This document shows positions 25,952-42,356 of a stretch of DNA of 64,000 nucleotides, piece by piece. A model generated the notes under the pieces. That model saw nothing but the letters and a program-made list of their open reading frames with translations, had not been told where the DNA came from and searched no databases. Each line of letters begins with the position of its first letter. The stretch's first letter is position 1. This DNA is from Tubulanus polymorphus (taxonomy: Eukaryota; Animalia; Nemertea), in NCBI RefSeq assembly GCF_964204645.1, contig NC_134032.1:10404275-10468274 (forward strand), written 5' to 3'. The translations under genes and the position numbers were made by a program.

Positions 25952-28900
25952 ATGCTGCACGTTTCGGTTATTGTGGTGACGATTTTCGTTCAAGCGATTG
26001 ATGTGGTATCGGGTCACGGTGGAGCTATTAACCTCTACCCAGGACAGCCCGCTCCAGGTAAGAACATTTTGAAATAGTTTTCACAGATTTTACAAACAAT
26101 GTTGGTGATGTCATAGGGGGATTTACGAAGGAGGCAATCTTGGGGTCATTTTGATGTTTTCCTTGAGGGTTAGACTTCTTAGGAGGAGGTAAACTTCTTT
26201 CCAGGGGACGGAGCCTTAAGGGGATAATTTGAGACTAGAAAGGCATCCATCTTTTGACGAAAATGGGTTATGACGTCATGGAGGATTTTTCGAAGCGACA
26301 GTGAAGTGAAGTTTTTTCGAAGCCACATTTCAAAGGGATGAATAGTTCAATGATATTCTCACAGAGTTTTAATGAAACGAAAACGATTAATTTTTTAATC
26401 AAAAATTGAATAAATAGATTAGGTCACTGAATTAGCTGCTTTATTTCTTTATTTTCAGCTGCACCTAATTTGATTCGTGAGTAATGAAAAACGTGTTTTC
26501 GCATGGGTTATCGGTTGCATGTAGTAGTGCTAGGCAATGTGTTACACACTATGCATATTGTTGAATTAGTAGTTTATTTTACCTTATTTTTATAGCATTT
26601 TATTCTTAACACAGTCTAAATGCATATGTCTGATGTATTTCCAATCTAATAACATAATGTACATGATATAAAGATCTGAAATGTATCCAACTAGCACACC
26701 TAGCGGGTACTCAATTGCCAGAAGAGGAACCTCTACTGCGGCATCTGATATATTGCTAGAAAAGTGAACTAATTATGCGCACCACTCGGGGGTCCTCGAC
26801 TGCCAAACGAGGAATCCTAGGCGTATTTACCTTGATATTTTCTTTTGAGTACATAATTTAGAATTAAAACTAGGATATCAGTGCCGCGCACATGTGGATC
26901 CTATAAACGCCACATTTGATCTCTAATAACAGATATCTTGTAAAATCTAAGATAATTACTTATCGGACTATCCGACTAGGGATCAGGCGGATCCCCGTTT
27001 GCTAGTGGCAATTATCTTTAAAAGTAACTTAAGTCTTTTGCTGTCACCACTCGGTAAAATATCATAATTGATATATTATGTAAACCTACTGCAAAGTATA
27101 AAACTCCTAAATGCTAACTTAATAGGCTTACTCGTAACCCAGGCCATGGTAAACTCGATCGCATATATAAAATAAATGAAATGAAAATAGATATGAATAT
27201 AAATTGGTTGAAATGAAAATCTATCGTGACAGAGACCTATTCGGGGAAGCCGTGTGTTAGCCAGTACACGTATAATGGAGTTACATACAAAAACGAATGC
27301 ACGAAAGCCAGTTACACGAAATACTGGTGCGCAACATCAACCGACTTCCCGGTTAACTCCAACGCCTGGAGCGTATGCGGTGAGTATAGTTGAAAATAGG
27401 AAACTTCAAGTCACATCGAATGAAATAGTAGATGAAAAAAAGAAATGTTCAATTTTTCTCTATATTCCCGTTTTTGTAGACCACGATGTCGGCGTTAAAA
27501 GTTACACTCGTAAGTTTTAATTTGTAAAATTATCCAAGAACAAGAAGGCAAAAATCGGAATTCTCCTCACAAAACTCTGAAGCCGAGTTCAGTTTATTTC
27601 ATAATGTTTAATGGAATTGCGTTGTTGATTTATTTGCGGCGGTACAGTTACGAAAAAAGGCCGAAACTGTTATTTCCCGTTTCTCTACAACGGTAAACAG
27701 CACTACTCGTGCGTCGAATGGGAAAAGACCGGTAAAAAATGGTGCCCGACGTCGAGCATTTATTCCAGTTATGCGTTCACATGGAAAAATAAATGGGAAT
27801 ATTGCAGTAAGATTTAAATTTGAAGTTTAAACTGAGGATCTATCTGAAACGTCTTTCTAACCGTCTCGGGATATGGATTTATACTTCTGTAAAACAAAAT
27901 CTTTAAGCAACTCTGGTACTAAATTGAGTAACGCCTAGCTTAAACTGAACTTATCTTTTGACCATCAAACTTAAACTATTCTAAATTTCACCTCGAAGTT
28001 ACTCTATAGTCTTTAGCGTAACTGAACGTAACCTGTTAATCAACTTAACTAACCCAATTATTTAACTGCTCTTTAAGTTGATATGGCTTTAATCAATACA
28101 GAAATCCGGTCGTAAACTGATTAAAAGTATAAAAATAACTTAATGGAAAATTTGAAATGTTCAGTTGTTGGAGCATTTCAAAATTTCAGCAATGGCTTTA
28201 GTCATTTCAAGTGTTTCTACTTAAGTTAATGTTCGCAGACCATTCATCCTCAGTTATTCATAAAATACTTTTCAATTCCAGTTGCTGCTTTTTGGTGTCA
28301 GTACAGCTTATTTTCCGAATCTGCAAAGATTGTACAATTTTTATGTATGCATGCTTTTTTCTGAATGAAATCTTTTTCAAAAGTTATCGATAACGATACC
28401 ATCGATCATAGATTGAGTTCCTTATACTGGAATTCATGAAAAGAACAGTTGCATGGTTGGCTTACTAATGAATCAACCCTTCTCGAAGATGGCTGCCTGT
28501 ATAAATCATTTATGATGTCATCAAACCCAGTGTTTCTCGTGGTGTTTACGTGCTTATTCCTTCGATGATGTCATGAGGGGAATGTAGAGGCAGGCATCGT
28601 TCATTTCATGGTAGCAGCCATCTTTGATATTGACGTTTCAGAGAAAGATAAGAAAAAAGGCGGTTCGGATGAAAGCTCTGAGGAGGAAAAAGATGACTCT
28701 TATAGGATTCCAGGTAAGCTGGGCCCTTATAGGTTAGAAATGCGTGAAATACTATAAGACGGATCGAATTTGTAGTATGTTTGTAGAATTGCCTATTGCC
28801 ACTAGTCGGTAATCTGGTGGGATAGGTAGTGCTCTAAAGCTGGTTAGAACATTTGACCTGCCCAGATTTGGGATTAAGGGATGGTATCTTAAATCGGGTA

Positions 28901-31900
28901 ATGGCTATTCTTAGAAACCCTATAATCTCAGAATAGGTAGACCTACTGTTAGCGATGAGATCATATGGAACCTGCCTTTTTAAGTCAGGTTCCAGTCAGT
29001 CTCCAGAATACTGACTGAGGTTGTCCTAGATGAGCCAAGCCATAGACTGGAGGGAAGAAATAAACTTAGACCTGCCTTATCTTCAATTTTAGCGCCTGCT
29101 GTACCCTATGACCCACTTTATCCTCGTACCTGTAACCCAAACGATAAGGTTTGTGTGATCACGCTGGTTGTGGAAGAACATCTGACAATGGTTTACAATA
29201 AAGAGTTGATGACCGCTAAAAACGGAAAACTTCTTGATAAGGCAAACAATATTGTCGATTCAAACAAGGTAAGAAAAGTACCAGAAAAAAAAGATTTGAT
29301 GAAGGGTCTTCTACTCCTCCCCATTTTCTCTCTCTCTCTCTCTCTGTTTACCCTCTCTTTCCAGGCCCCCTCGTCTTTCTTCTCGTCGTCCCATATCACT
29401 CTTTTCTCCTTCCACTATTTCTTCCCATTCTCTCTTATCACAAACCTCTATCGCCTTAAACCCCTCTGACCCAAGCTACATGTTACAAAGATTTACCTCG
29501 ATAATTGAATCAAGTCTTATTCAATTTCTATTCCAGGTTATTGTCGGTGACAACTGGTATTTGCCACGTAGGGCTATAGTCGTCAATGGGACACTCCCGG
29601 GGCCGCGACTGGACGTTTACGAGGGGCAGAAACTTGTCATCAACGTCCATAACAAAATGTTCAGCGACTCCACGACTATCCATTGGCACGGGCTTCACTC
29701 CAAGTCTACCCCCTACTTCGACGGCGCTTCGTTCATCAATATGTGCCCGATTCCACCCAGTCTGATCGTCACAAGTCCGATTATGGCGGCCCCCTACGGC
29801 ACACATTGGTACCACACGCATGTCGGGTTCCAGATGGGCGACGGGATGTTCGGACCGTTGATAGTGCATAAGAAAAACGCCCCTCAATACGCAGGGGATT
29901 TCGTGATGACGCTTGCTTTGTGGAATCACCATCACGGCACGAACGAATGGTTCCTTTACGAGGAGAATCACAAGATGTTCTCACAACTGAACAAAAAGTA
30001 AATTTGACTTGAATGTTTTATAAAAGATCTTTTGAACTATGATCAAGTCCAGACAACTCAATAGACCACAATCCACTGTCCAGGCCCAAGTTTCAGAGCT
30101 CTTTATTAAGATTTGGCTCTAATTTCAAATCATTGGAAATAAGGACTCTTCTATCTTCACGCACAACTTTGGAACTGTATCCAAATCTTAAGTTTTTTCC
30201 TCACTGTTGAAACGACAAGTTAAAATTCACTTCGTTCTTTCCTACAGATATCACAATGAAACTAAATTCCGTCGATTTTCGAGCGGTTTAATCAACGGTA
30301 AAGGCAGGTTCCAGGCAGTAGACGGTACCTTCATCACGGACGGACCTTTGGAGACGTACACCGTCGAACCGGGCAAGAAATACCTGTTCCGTATCATCGG
30401 CGCGCAGGCGCACAAGCAATTCGCCGTCAGCTTCCACGGTCATCAGTTCCAGGTTGTGGCGTCAGATGGCGCCGACATCAAACCGTTCATGGCCACGTCT
30501 GTCATAGTAAGCGGGGGCGAGCGATTTGACGTCATTTTGACGGCCGACCAACCCGTCGACAATTACTGGATCGAAGGTTACACGAAGGATAACTGGAAGG
30601 CCCACGCGATCTTACACTATAACGGCGCCCCCAACGCCGACCCGACTGGTCCATTGAGAAATCCGCTCGTTTGCTCGGCCGCGAAACCTTGCACCGAAGT
30701 CTGCGACTACCCGAAACCGAAATCTTCGAACATCAATTGCGAGACCTTCGGAACGATCAAGTCTCTACCGGCCGTGCCGCCGCCCGCGATGACGCACAAT
30801 TCCCCGAAAGACATCTTCTTGAATTTCGGCCGCCCCGGTTACACGGGTAAAGGTCCACCTACGATCAACGGCATTCAATTCAAATTCCCAACGACGTCCG
30901 TCCTGAGCGACCCGAATACCGGTATCACGGAATGCGACCCGTCGAAGTGTGGTACGGACAAGCTTTGCGCCTGTACGCATCATTATCATATCCGTAAGGG
31001 TTCCACTATACAGATGGTGTTCATGAGTATGGGCAAGGGCCGCGGCACGCACCCTATACATCTTCACGGTCACTACTTCAGCGTGTTGAAAGTCGGTTAC
31101 CCTCGAGTGGACGCGAACGGCAAATTCCTCGGTGATAACTCGGATATCGTCTGCGACGGGTCGTTCTGCAATCAGGGCAGTTGGAAGGATCCCGCCTGGA
31201 ACAAACAAATACCGGGTCTCAATTTGGTCGATCCGCCGCTGAAAGATACTCTGAATATCAAACCAGGTGGCTACGCGGTCGTGCGCTTCAAGGTTTGTAA
31301 ATAGATAAGATATTTTTGATTTCTTCAATGGGAATTAGGTTATGTAGGAATCGAGGATCTGGCAGATTGGACAGGGTGAAGTCAAGCTCCCGAAGTGATG
31401 TAGGGTCCATTAGGTAGCACTAGTGGTGTGAGGATGTTACTCTATAACGGGTAATTGGGGAACTGGCAATGCGACTGTGGCAATCGAGGATTCATCAGGG
31501 GCGCTAATGTGAAGTCAGAATTACAAAATATGAAACTATGTATACCGATTTATATAATACTATCAGAGTTTAAACGATATGAATAATTTTCATATGAAAT
31601 TTTCACAAGATCACTGAAAAAAACAGCGTAAAGAGGCATTAAAACTATAATAATGCTACATTAAGGACTGCTTCGAAGCAACAGTAATACGTAGCTTGTA
31701 CAAGAAGTCAGCCATCAGAAAATTAACAAAATGAAATAAAGAGACATACTAATAAGGCGAAAAGACATGATACAGATCAGGAAACTTATTACTTTCGTGG
31801 CTTTTGGAAATTAAGAAAGTGACGATAATCTTTTTTTTTCTTTGATATCTTCTTCAGGCGGATAATCCGGGAGTTTGGATATTGCATTGTCACATCGAAG

Positions 31901-32362
31901 AACATTTGGCTGGAGGTATGGCGCTGGTATTCCTGGAAGGTCAGGAAGAATGGAATGTACCGGACGAGTTTCCTCAGTGCGGTCACTACACACCTTTCTT
32001 TACTCGAAAAGCTGCCAAAATGAGTAAAAAACGTTCGCAGCTCAGGTAAGCCCGATTACTCGTTCATACCTTCACATATAATTCACATTTCGAATGCTTC
32101 CACTGATATCCCCATGACATCATCAAAAGTCCTATTCATATCCCCCCTGAAAAGATGGCTGTCTGCATGAACCCCTTCACGATTTATCCGTACATAGACC
32201 ATTCTTGTAGACATGAATCATCAAATCATCCAAAAGACCCATTCTAGACAGATGTTAGTAAATCCCCCTAGACATGGTCAATTCTTCCCTGAAACTGGCC
32301 TAGCAGTGCCCTCGTCATTCAAAATTTCTTTTTCTTCGGTTATTTTCAGAAAACGGTCATAA
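25952..32362 (+). CDS. Secreted laccase-type multicopper oxidase with two N-terminal FN2 domains (~804 aa)
   Basis: Exons 25952-26057, 26459-26476, 27233-27379, 27480-27509, 27648-27806, 28642-28713, 29093-29268, 29537-29997, 30248-31292, 31858-32045, 32350-32362. All introns are GT-AG and the frame is continuous (2415 nt). Signal peptide [21 protein letters not shown]. Copper motifs [17 protein letters not shown] and [12 protein letters not shown]. Confidence 0.9.
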
Positions 32363-33384
32363 CCAGACGCGGAAACAAACGTTTGAACAATATACGCATT
32401 GATTTACACTTTTATCATATTAATCCTATAACTCTTGCTACTTGAATTTCAACATCAGAATATAAAGCTTGATGATAGAAATCACGAGAAACAACGATTC
32501 CAGACGTTTTTAACTCGTTACTGTGACAGTATTTGGAAATGCTGGTAGATTCGGAAAGCAGTGAATACTTTCACATTTTCTTTGAATCGAACCGACTTCC
32601 CTGTGGTTTTCTTTATCGAAGCCGTCCAACATTCGTCAGTGGTCATCACTAAAGTTTTTCCTTTCATAGGATAGAAAAGAACATTGATAAAGATAAAGCT
32701 AATTTTCTAAGATCAACAATTCCAATTTTATTTTTAAAATATATCTAACATGCAATTCATTGACTTAAAAAAAAAAATTCATTTCTATAACATAAATATC
32801 TTTTTCTCAATGAATAAATAGATAGACACAATAAAGAAGATGATTGAATTGGGCTAGGACTTTAAAAAAAGTGGTTTCAACTTTCGGATAATCTGGGTCC
32901 AGTTTGCTTGAAACCTCTGGGCCAGTTTTATAGGCTCATGTCAACTTAAATCCGGGACTAACTCAATTTATCGGCAATTAACAATTGAGTTCTCCTGAAT
33001 TTAAGTTAATGCTAATCTATAAAACTGGGACCTGAACTTGCTTTTAATCGGAATGTAAAATGATCTTTCAATTTATTGAGACCACTCACAAAATTAGCTA
33101 GAACATCTAGCACCGTTTCAGAGATCCGAACAAAGTCTGTGTCTGGAGTTTACTAAATCATTTCACTAATATTTGACTTAAAGAGCAAAATCCAAACTCA
33201 GATCTGACTCCTTTTTCATAGTTGATGGTTAAATTTGATTCCATGTTAGTCAAAATTACGGTAATTCCTAATATAACTATCTCTAGAGTTTTAAGTATCG
33301 AATGCAGGCATATGTGCTGATAAGTTCTGTGACTCCAGTATCAGTTGGGAGTCATAAAGATCTTCGCTATCATCGATGAATTTT

Positions 33385-36076
33385 CTAGACGGCTTTTTCT
33401 CCGGAGTTTTTGAGGAAAATGGCGGCACCGATACAAATCAACTCCAGCAACACTAAACCAATCGCCACTCCTATCACCCACGTGCTGTATTTGCTGACGT
33501 ATGACGTGATCAATGAGATGCAACTCTGCAATTAGTTAGATAATATTTATATAACTATTTATACAAAAATACATTACAATCATTAATCAAATTCATCTGT
33601 CGAATAGATCTTCATTGAATCGCTAGTTGGCAGTTTGATGATGTCATAGGAGGATTTATGGAGGTAGCCAGGTTTTTCGAACGGAGATTTGACGATGTCA
33701 CCATACCGGGGGACTTCAATCTTTTAAGGAAGCCCTGAAAGGGTTTATATGGGTAATCTCGTGATTTCATAGCAATTTCATGGGGTATTTATGGAGGCTA
33801 CTCATATTGGGGGATTTAAGGAGCAATTTAATGATATCACAGGAGGGGCGGTGGTGAAGCTTAGTCGGAGAGGTGGTTCAAGGAATTTTGACGATGTTAT
33901 TAGAGACAAATGGCAGCGATCTTTGCTCAATGGGAATCAGAAAAACATCATATACTCACGGTTTGGTAGTACGAGTTAGAAGTGGTCGGGTATTCAGGAC
34001 AGCTCGAGTTGACAGGGTTAGGGTAGCTAGGCGGCACGCTGGCTTTGTTTGAAAGGAAACAACACGATTCGGGAACTTGTTTCGATCCGCGGTTCCAGTT
34101 GGTGGCGTTCTGTAGATCGGTGTACGAGTCAACCCCGCAACATTCCAACTAGAAAAAACGATTACAATTTGCATAAATCATTGAGATCATTAAGCGTGTA
34201 AACATGTAATTCGATTGTCAATTTTAGTGCCTTTTCTCATTTTGTCAACGAACAAAAAGTTAGTGCATTTCATTGGGAGTGTACGGTCTGATTATCTCCT
34301 CAGTGCTGAGGTGACCTAATTGTTTGGACAACAAAGTGTCCTTTTAGGATGTGACAAGTTCTTCGAAACTAGCTTCTGGATCCGCCTTGCATTCATCTTT
34401 TTATAGACGTGTTTAAGGTACAATTTGATGACGTCATGGAGGCATTTTGTCAGAAAGGTCTATTGATGTATTGAGGTATTTGATGGAGGCAGCGATCCTT
34501 TCTGCCCCGGAAGGGATCATATGACAATATGGCTGTGATCTATAAACTTACTTGAATTTGGAGAGTTTCGACGAAAAGCGACGCGGCGTTTCCACTCCAG
34601 CTACCGGTGTAGTCGGTAACGATGACGGCCTTCAGTTTGGTTTTAATCGCCGGGATGGCGTCTTGCGAATAGATGCCAGCCAAGATACCAGCGGCTATTT
34701 GTAAAATGACAACCAGTGCAACGAGAATAGCGTACTGCAAGGGAAAGAGAATAATTCAGTAAAATTATGATTAGTTAGACGACCTCCTTCTCATTCGCAA
34801 TGATTTCAATGGTTCGGTAATATCATGAATGAAATACTTTATCGGTAAAGATAAGTCAGAATTCCATTGCAAAATGAATGTCAATAAACACATTGTGACT
34901 AGTTGCTCAGTACCCAGTTCCACAGTTGTGAGTTAGATTTAACTCTGAGTTAAAGTTAGTTCATTTTCAATGAGTTAACTCAGAGTAAAATCTTAATTCG
35001 GAACTGTGAAACTGGACCCAGATCGTTTAGATTCAAGACCAGTTAAGGATCATCCATTCTCAGTTTTATAGCCTAATAGCTTGATTGAGGCCAGTTTTAT
35101 GATTTAGGGCCAGTTTGACCTTATTCAAACACGATGCAACTGGGCCCAGTCAAGTCGAAAAACTTCATGGCTGCGAGACCTATTGAATGGCCCATAGAAT
35201 TGGATCTAAACGTCAAGGGTGCTCATTTAGTTTTTTCTTTATAACGTAAATCTTTTACTTCAAATAGTAATAGACAGTCGTTTTTCTATGGAAAGCAAAA
35301 TGGCTGCGAGATTATTGAAAATTCGAATATTACGATTGATATCTAAATTATTGAAATCTTGATTGAACTTACGATGGACAGGCAGAGTTTGTTTTCGCGG
35401 TAAGCGCCGCAGCATCCGAAGAATCCGAACACGAATATGAAAGCTCCGACTGCGATCAACACGTATATGGAACTAGCCAATAGACTGATAATACTGTCAT
35501 TTCCGGTGACTGGTATCATGTTGATCACCGTGGATACTATAGTTGAGTCGAAATACATAGCTATTCCCAAACCCAGCAGAGCGCCACCTACCAGCTGAAA
35601 TGGAAAACATAAGAAGTCGAAATTTATGCAAATGTATGCAACCACATGCAAATCGTGAAAATATCTTACATGGCGCAGTTTAATAGTAACGAGTATGATT
35701 TAAACGGGGCGAAACTTATTCAACTTCCAGATATCTTAATCTGACTACTATATAGTCAGATTTTTAGAACTGTGGGACTGGGTCCAGTCATTATATCTTA
35801 GACACAAAAATAGCTGCCTCATTAAATCCCGATTTGACGTCGTCTGTTGGTCTCTATAGAATTTGGCTCTAAATCGAACAATCTGTGATTATTAGGGTAG
35901 TGATGCAATTAGGAAAAGGAGTCTCGTGAATGGTTCGAATATCGTTTGACAATTCGATGACGTCACAGGGGGATTCGACGATAGCGACCATGTTTGTTGT
36001 AACGATAATCGATACTTACGAAGAACACGAGGTTAAACGCGCACAGGAAGTACTTCGCAAAAGTTGCCGTACACAT
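33385..36076 (-). CDS. Tetraspanin (263 aa)
   Basis: Exons 36076-36020, 35594-35373, 34734-34552, 34148-33960, 33525-33385, all phase 0. Contains KYFL..FN, FFGCCGA, large-loop CCG and PESCC motifs, and TM4 with E. Confidence 0.93.
34908..35021. mobile_element. MITE family 3 in a tetraspanin intron
   Basis: Imperfect TIR cccagttccacagtt...aactgtgaaactggacc with CAG/CAG flanks. Related fragments near 1130, 22149, 32895-33033, 44501 and 48823-48966. Confidence 0.7.
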
Positions 36077-39000
36077 TTTGATTCTGAAAAGAAAAACAAA
36101 CCGTTGAAACCGTTACTTTTGAATTTAAACAGTGTGTATAAATCTGATTATTTGGAGAAAAAAAATATTAATTTTTCTTTTGTCAACTGATAAAGAAAAT
36201 AAGATAATTGTTCGTATCATTGTCGTAAGTACCTAAAAAGCCAACTGAACTTCAATGCTTTAAACTAACTAAACTGCAGTGCCTAAAACCAACTAAACTA
36301 GATTCTCTAAAACTAATTTAACTTCACTACCATAAACCAACTTAAACTTTCGTCCCCAAAACCAACTAAACCTTAATACTTTAATTAAACTAACTGCCTA
36401 ACTGATAACTTACTTGTTAAGTTGGTTCAGAAAATTAACAGGATTTGTCTCTAAACCCTTATAGTTTACTAATTGATTTCATAGAATGATTATAGTGCGT
36501 TGTGTGCGTATGCTTGTTGTGACCGCGCTTGTCGTTGATATGACAACCGTCACACCCTGACCAGGCTGGCGCAATGCCCCGTCGTCAAAACAGGTCGCAA
36601 ATATATTTACTCAAATTATTGCCCGAAGATCCAAACACATTCTTGTTTTAACCCCTTAAACTAATATTCTCCCGTGCGTAAGTGCTTAGACCCTTACAAA
36701 TCAATTCCTTAAATAAACTTTTACTAGCAATTTGAGACGATAAAACTGTTCGGTTCTATTATCTAAATGTATTATTATTATCATTGTTGTCGTTGATTTC
36801 TGTCTTTGTTTTGTTCCATTAACAAAACACCAAACCGTTAATTTTTAACGCATTCTTTAAGACGTTGCACTAAAGCACCTTGGCCCATTCAGTTAACTGT
36901 TAATTCGAACCGAATTTGTTCTAGATATAGAATATTTCTAGAAATAAAATCTATCAATTAATGAACGTCGAAGTAAAATGAATATTAGAAATAATCATGA
37001 TTTTTCAATATCGAATATTTGATTATTCAAATACTTCATAACATAAATACTTCAAACTCACTATATCTGTGTTATGACGATAAATCTCTGAAAAATCCCA
37101 CAATAACGAAAGAATATTAAGTCTGAAAATGTTTCTTTGGTTATTCTTTGACTATTAGAATATACCGTAGTCGAAACGTCGAATAAACTATTACTTTTTG
37201 GAAACATTTTCGGACTTGATATTTTGTTTCATTATCATTGCTGGATTCCCTAAAGATCATCAATTATTGTACTGAAATTGCTCAATCATTTTACTGAAAA
37301 TGTTTACATTGTACGGAATGCTTGTACTAGATGATTTATAAAAGAATTCTAAGTGTAAGTTTTGACGACAAGGTCGAATTTATATCAAAGACAAAATGTA
37401 TTATTTTTATATGGTTTTCATATTATTCTTTTAGTTCCTGGTATTTTAGAATATATAATTGATGAAAAATACTAAATTCCTACCTTAGTTTCTCCTTATA
37501 ATTGCAATAAATTCCGGGTCAGTCCTGACACTACTATCCTGTTTGTTTCAGGATTTTGATCTGTCCACTGTCAGCACCGGCGTATTAAAGGTGTAATATA
37601 CGCAGGCCTAAACGTAATTGAGCAGTTGTTTTGAGCAGTACCTGCCAACTCACTACTGCTAGAACCACTGGCCCGAAACTTTGTTTTGGAGACTCGCCAT
37701 CAACAAACCGCTCGGACAATAGCAGTAGCCCGGTTTACTGTCACTAGTGACGTCAATAATTACGACCCCACCCGAGCAATTTATTAATTAATTTCGGCAG
37801 AGAGTCATCTATGCATGAGCACAACTCGTTCAACGCAAATTGGCACAACCATCAACAGACGAACTTATTTATATAATATTCGTTACAGTCTTTGATATCA
37901 TGCCCAGGAAATCACCTAACCTTACTCATGCACTGGCCACTAACGCCATCGAGTACTTACACCTTATTACCAACTGTAAAATTCATCAAACTAATTGATT
38001 TTTATCTGCGTATTATGTACATCGCTTCATACGTGTTATGTTAACACTGAAGTCAAAATGAACAAATTCCAAATACTAGAAATTAAATGCCCTTTTATCC
38101 GAAACACCCGCACAAAATTCTTAAAACCGTTTTTCCGAACTAGAACAAGCGCGCACAAATTTACCCAACTAATAAAATAAAGAAAAACAGCTTGACACAA
38201 CTTACCGAATTTATCGAAGCCGCTTCCAAACTTCTTTAAGTCCTTTTGTATACGTCGCTGTATAATGCGTTTGTATGTGTATGCGCATCTATGTATGCTA
38301 AATATTTGTTAATTTGTAAATCGCTTCATTTGTTTTAACTTCTATAATCTCCGTTTTCGTTTTTGCGCTCTAACTCTAAGCAACTGTATTTTCGTCGAGC
38401 AATAAAACATATTCTATTCTGTACACGGAAACCGCGTTTTTCGCGGCTTACGCGTGAATGCTACTACTTAACTTACAAATATCGTAAAGACTCTTGTACC
38501 GCGTTAGACGGTATATTTGAATGTATTGTTCGCGCAAGGGTTCTTCAAGAAAAATAATAGATCAAAACAATTTCACCAAAATAAAAGTTGTTGAAATGAA
38601 ACGTTCTGAATTCAGTTCTGAGGAAAAACTCGAATTCAATGAAATTATTTGATTGACTGAAACATCCAACCAATTTCTGGCGCCCACTCTAAAACCAAGT
38701 TTCAGCGAACAGATTGACTTAATTTCTTTCCCTCAAGTGGAATCGATTTAGGAGTTAATTTCCTCTGATATTTCGAAATAGATCTCAATATTCTATTGTC
38801 ATTGGCAAAGATTGAGATTAATGCAAAAAGTCATAATGAAAAAATCATTAGAATGCAACTAATTCGCAAATTACTTTGACGTCATATAAAGGTTTATGGA
38901 TGTAGCTTTCTTTGCAGGTAGTAAAGGCTTTCTATAAGATATGGGGGCATCCTCTCTAGCAGCACCTTTCACGATTAATGTAATCAATTACAAGTCTAGT

Positions 39001-39159
39001 TTTAGTTTTGGGGTAAACGTACTCACTAAATTCGAACGAAAAATATATTACTGAGTACGACCCCAGGACCCTTCCGAGTCATCGAGATAAATAAAATTAA
39101 TTTTCGGTGAGAAAAAAACTCGATTTAGGAAATAATCGTTTTCATTTCCGACCGATGCT

Positions 39160-39600
39160 TTCGTTCGCGGCGGCTCTTCGAAATTATCGCGCCGTTGTTT
39201 CCGCGGGTTGTTAATGTAAATTCGTTGTCGTTTGGCGCTAAATCGGCTTAAATATCTTCCCCAACCGTTCGGAATCGGCTCACCGGTCGGGTAGGCGATA
39301 TTTACGCAGCCTGAAACCGAAGATCCCCGGCGACATCGCGCGGTGTGTGCTCTGCGCAGCTGGAGAAGCAGAATACCCGGATTATTCACGCCCGTTCACC
39401 GAGATTAGGCGAGATTAGACGAGAATTGCCGAGACTCGCTGTTTGTTCAACGGATTTCAACTATTACCGCGGTTGCTGTTGGTGGTAAGCGTCATTTGAA
39501 TAGCGCGCACCTGCAGCAATATGGTAATTAGACCCGACGCGTTCTGATTGGTCGATCGGATCGTTACGGACCAAATATGGCAGAGGTAAACGGCCGCATC
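39160..39600. promoter_or_regulatory. CpG-rich stretch with CCAAT box upstream of osr, between divergently oriented tetraspanin and osr
   Basis: Local GC/CpG enrichment against an AT-rich background, and ctgattggtc near 39544. Confidence 0.35.
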
Positions 39601-39652
39601 TTCATCTGAGTTGCAGACGAATATCTGGAATTTACGCCGGACGTTTTCAATC

Positions 39653-42356
<2,704 letters not shown>

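Noticed and set aside
29537-31292. Horizontal transfer of the laccase (long, GC-richer exons)
   Set aside because: Spliceosomal introns, an animal-type Cys-containing pre-domain region and similar GC in other exons give no support without a phylogeny.
29528-31328. Minus-strand ORFs of 147 and 187 aa
   Set aside because: Antisense to laccase exons, with no independent features.
33385-36076. Homology between the tetraspanin and the upstream 4-TM array
   Set aside because: No shared motifs, and different loop sizes and exon structure.
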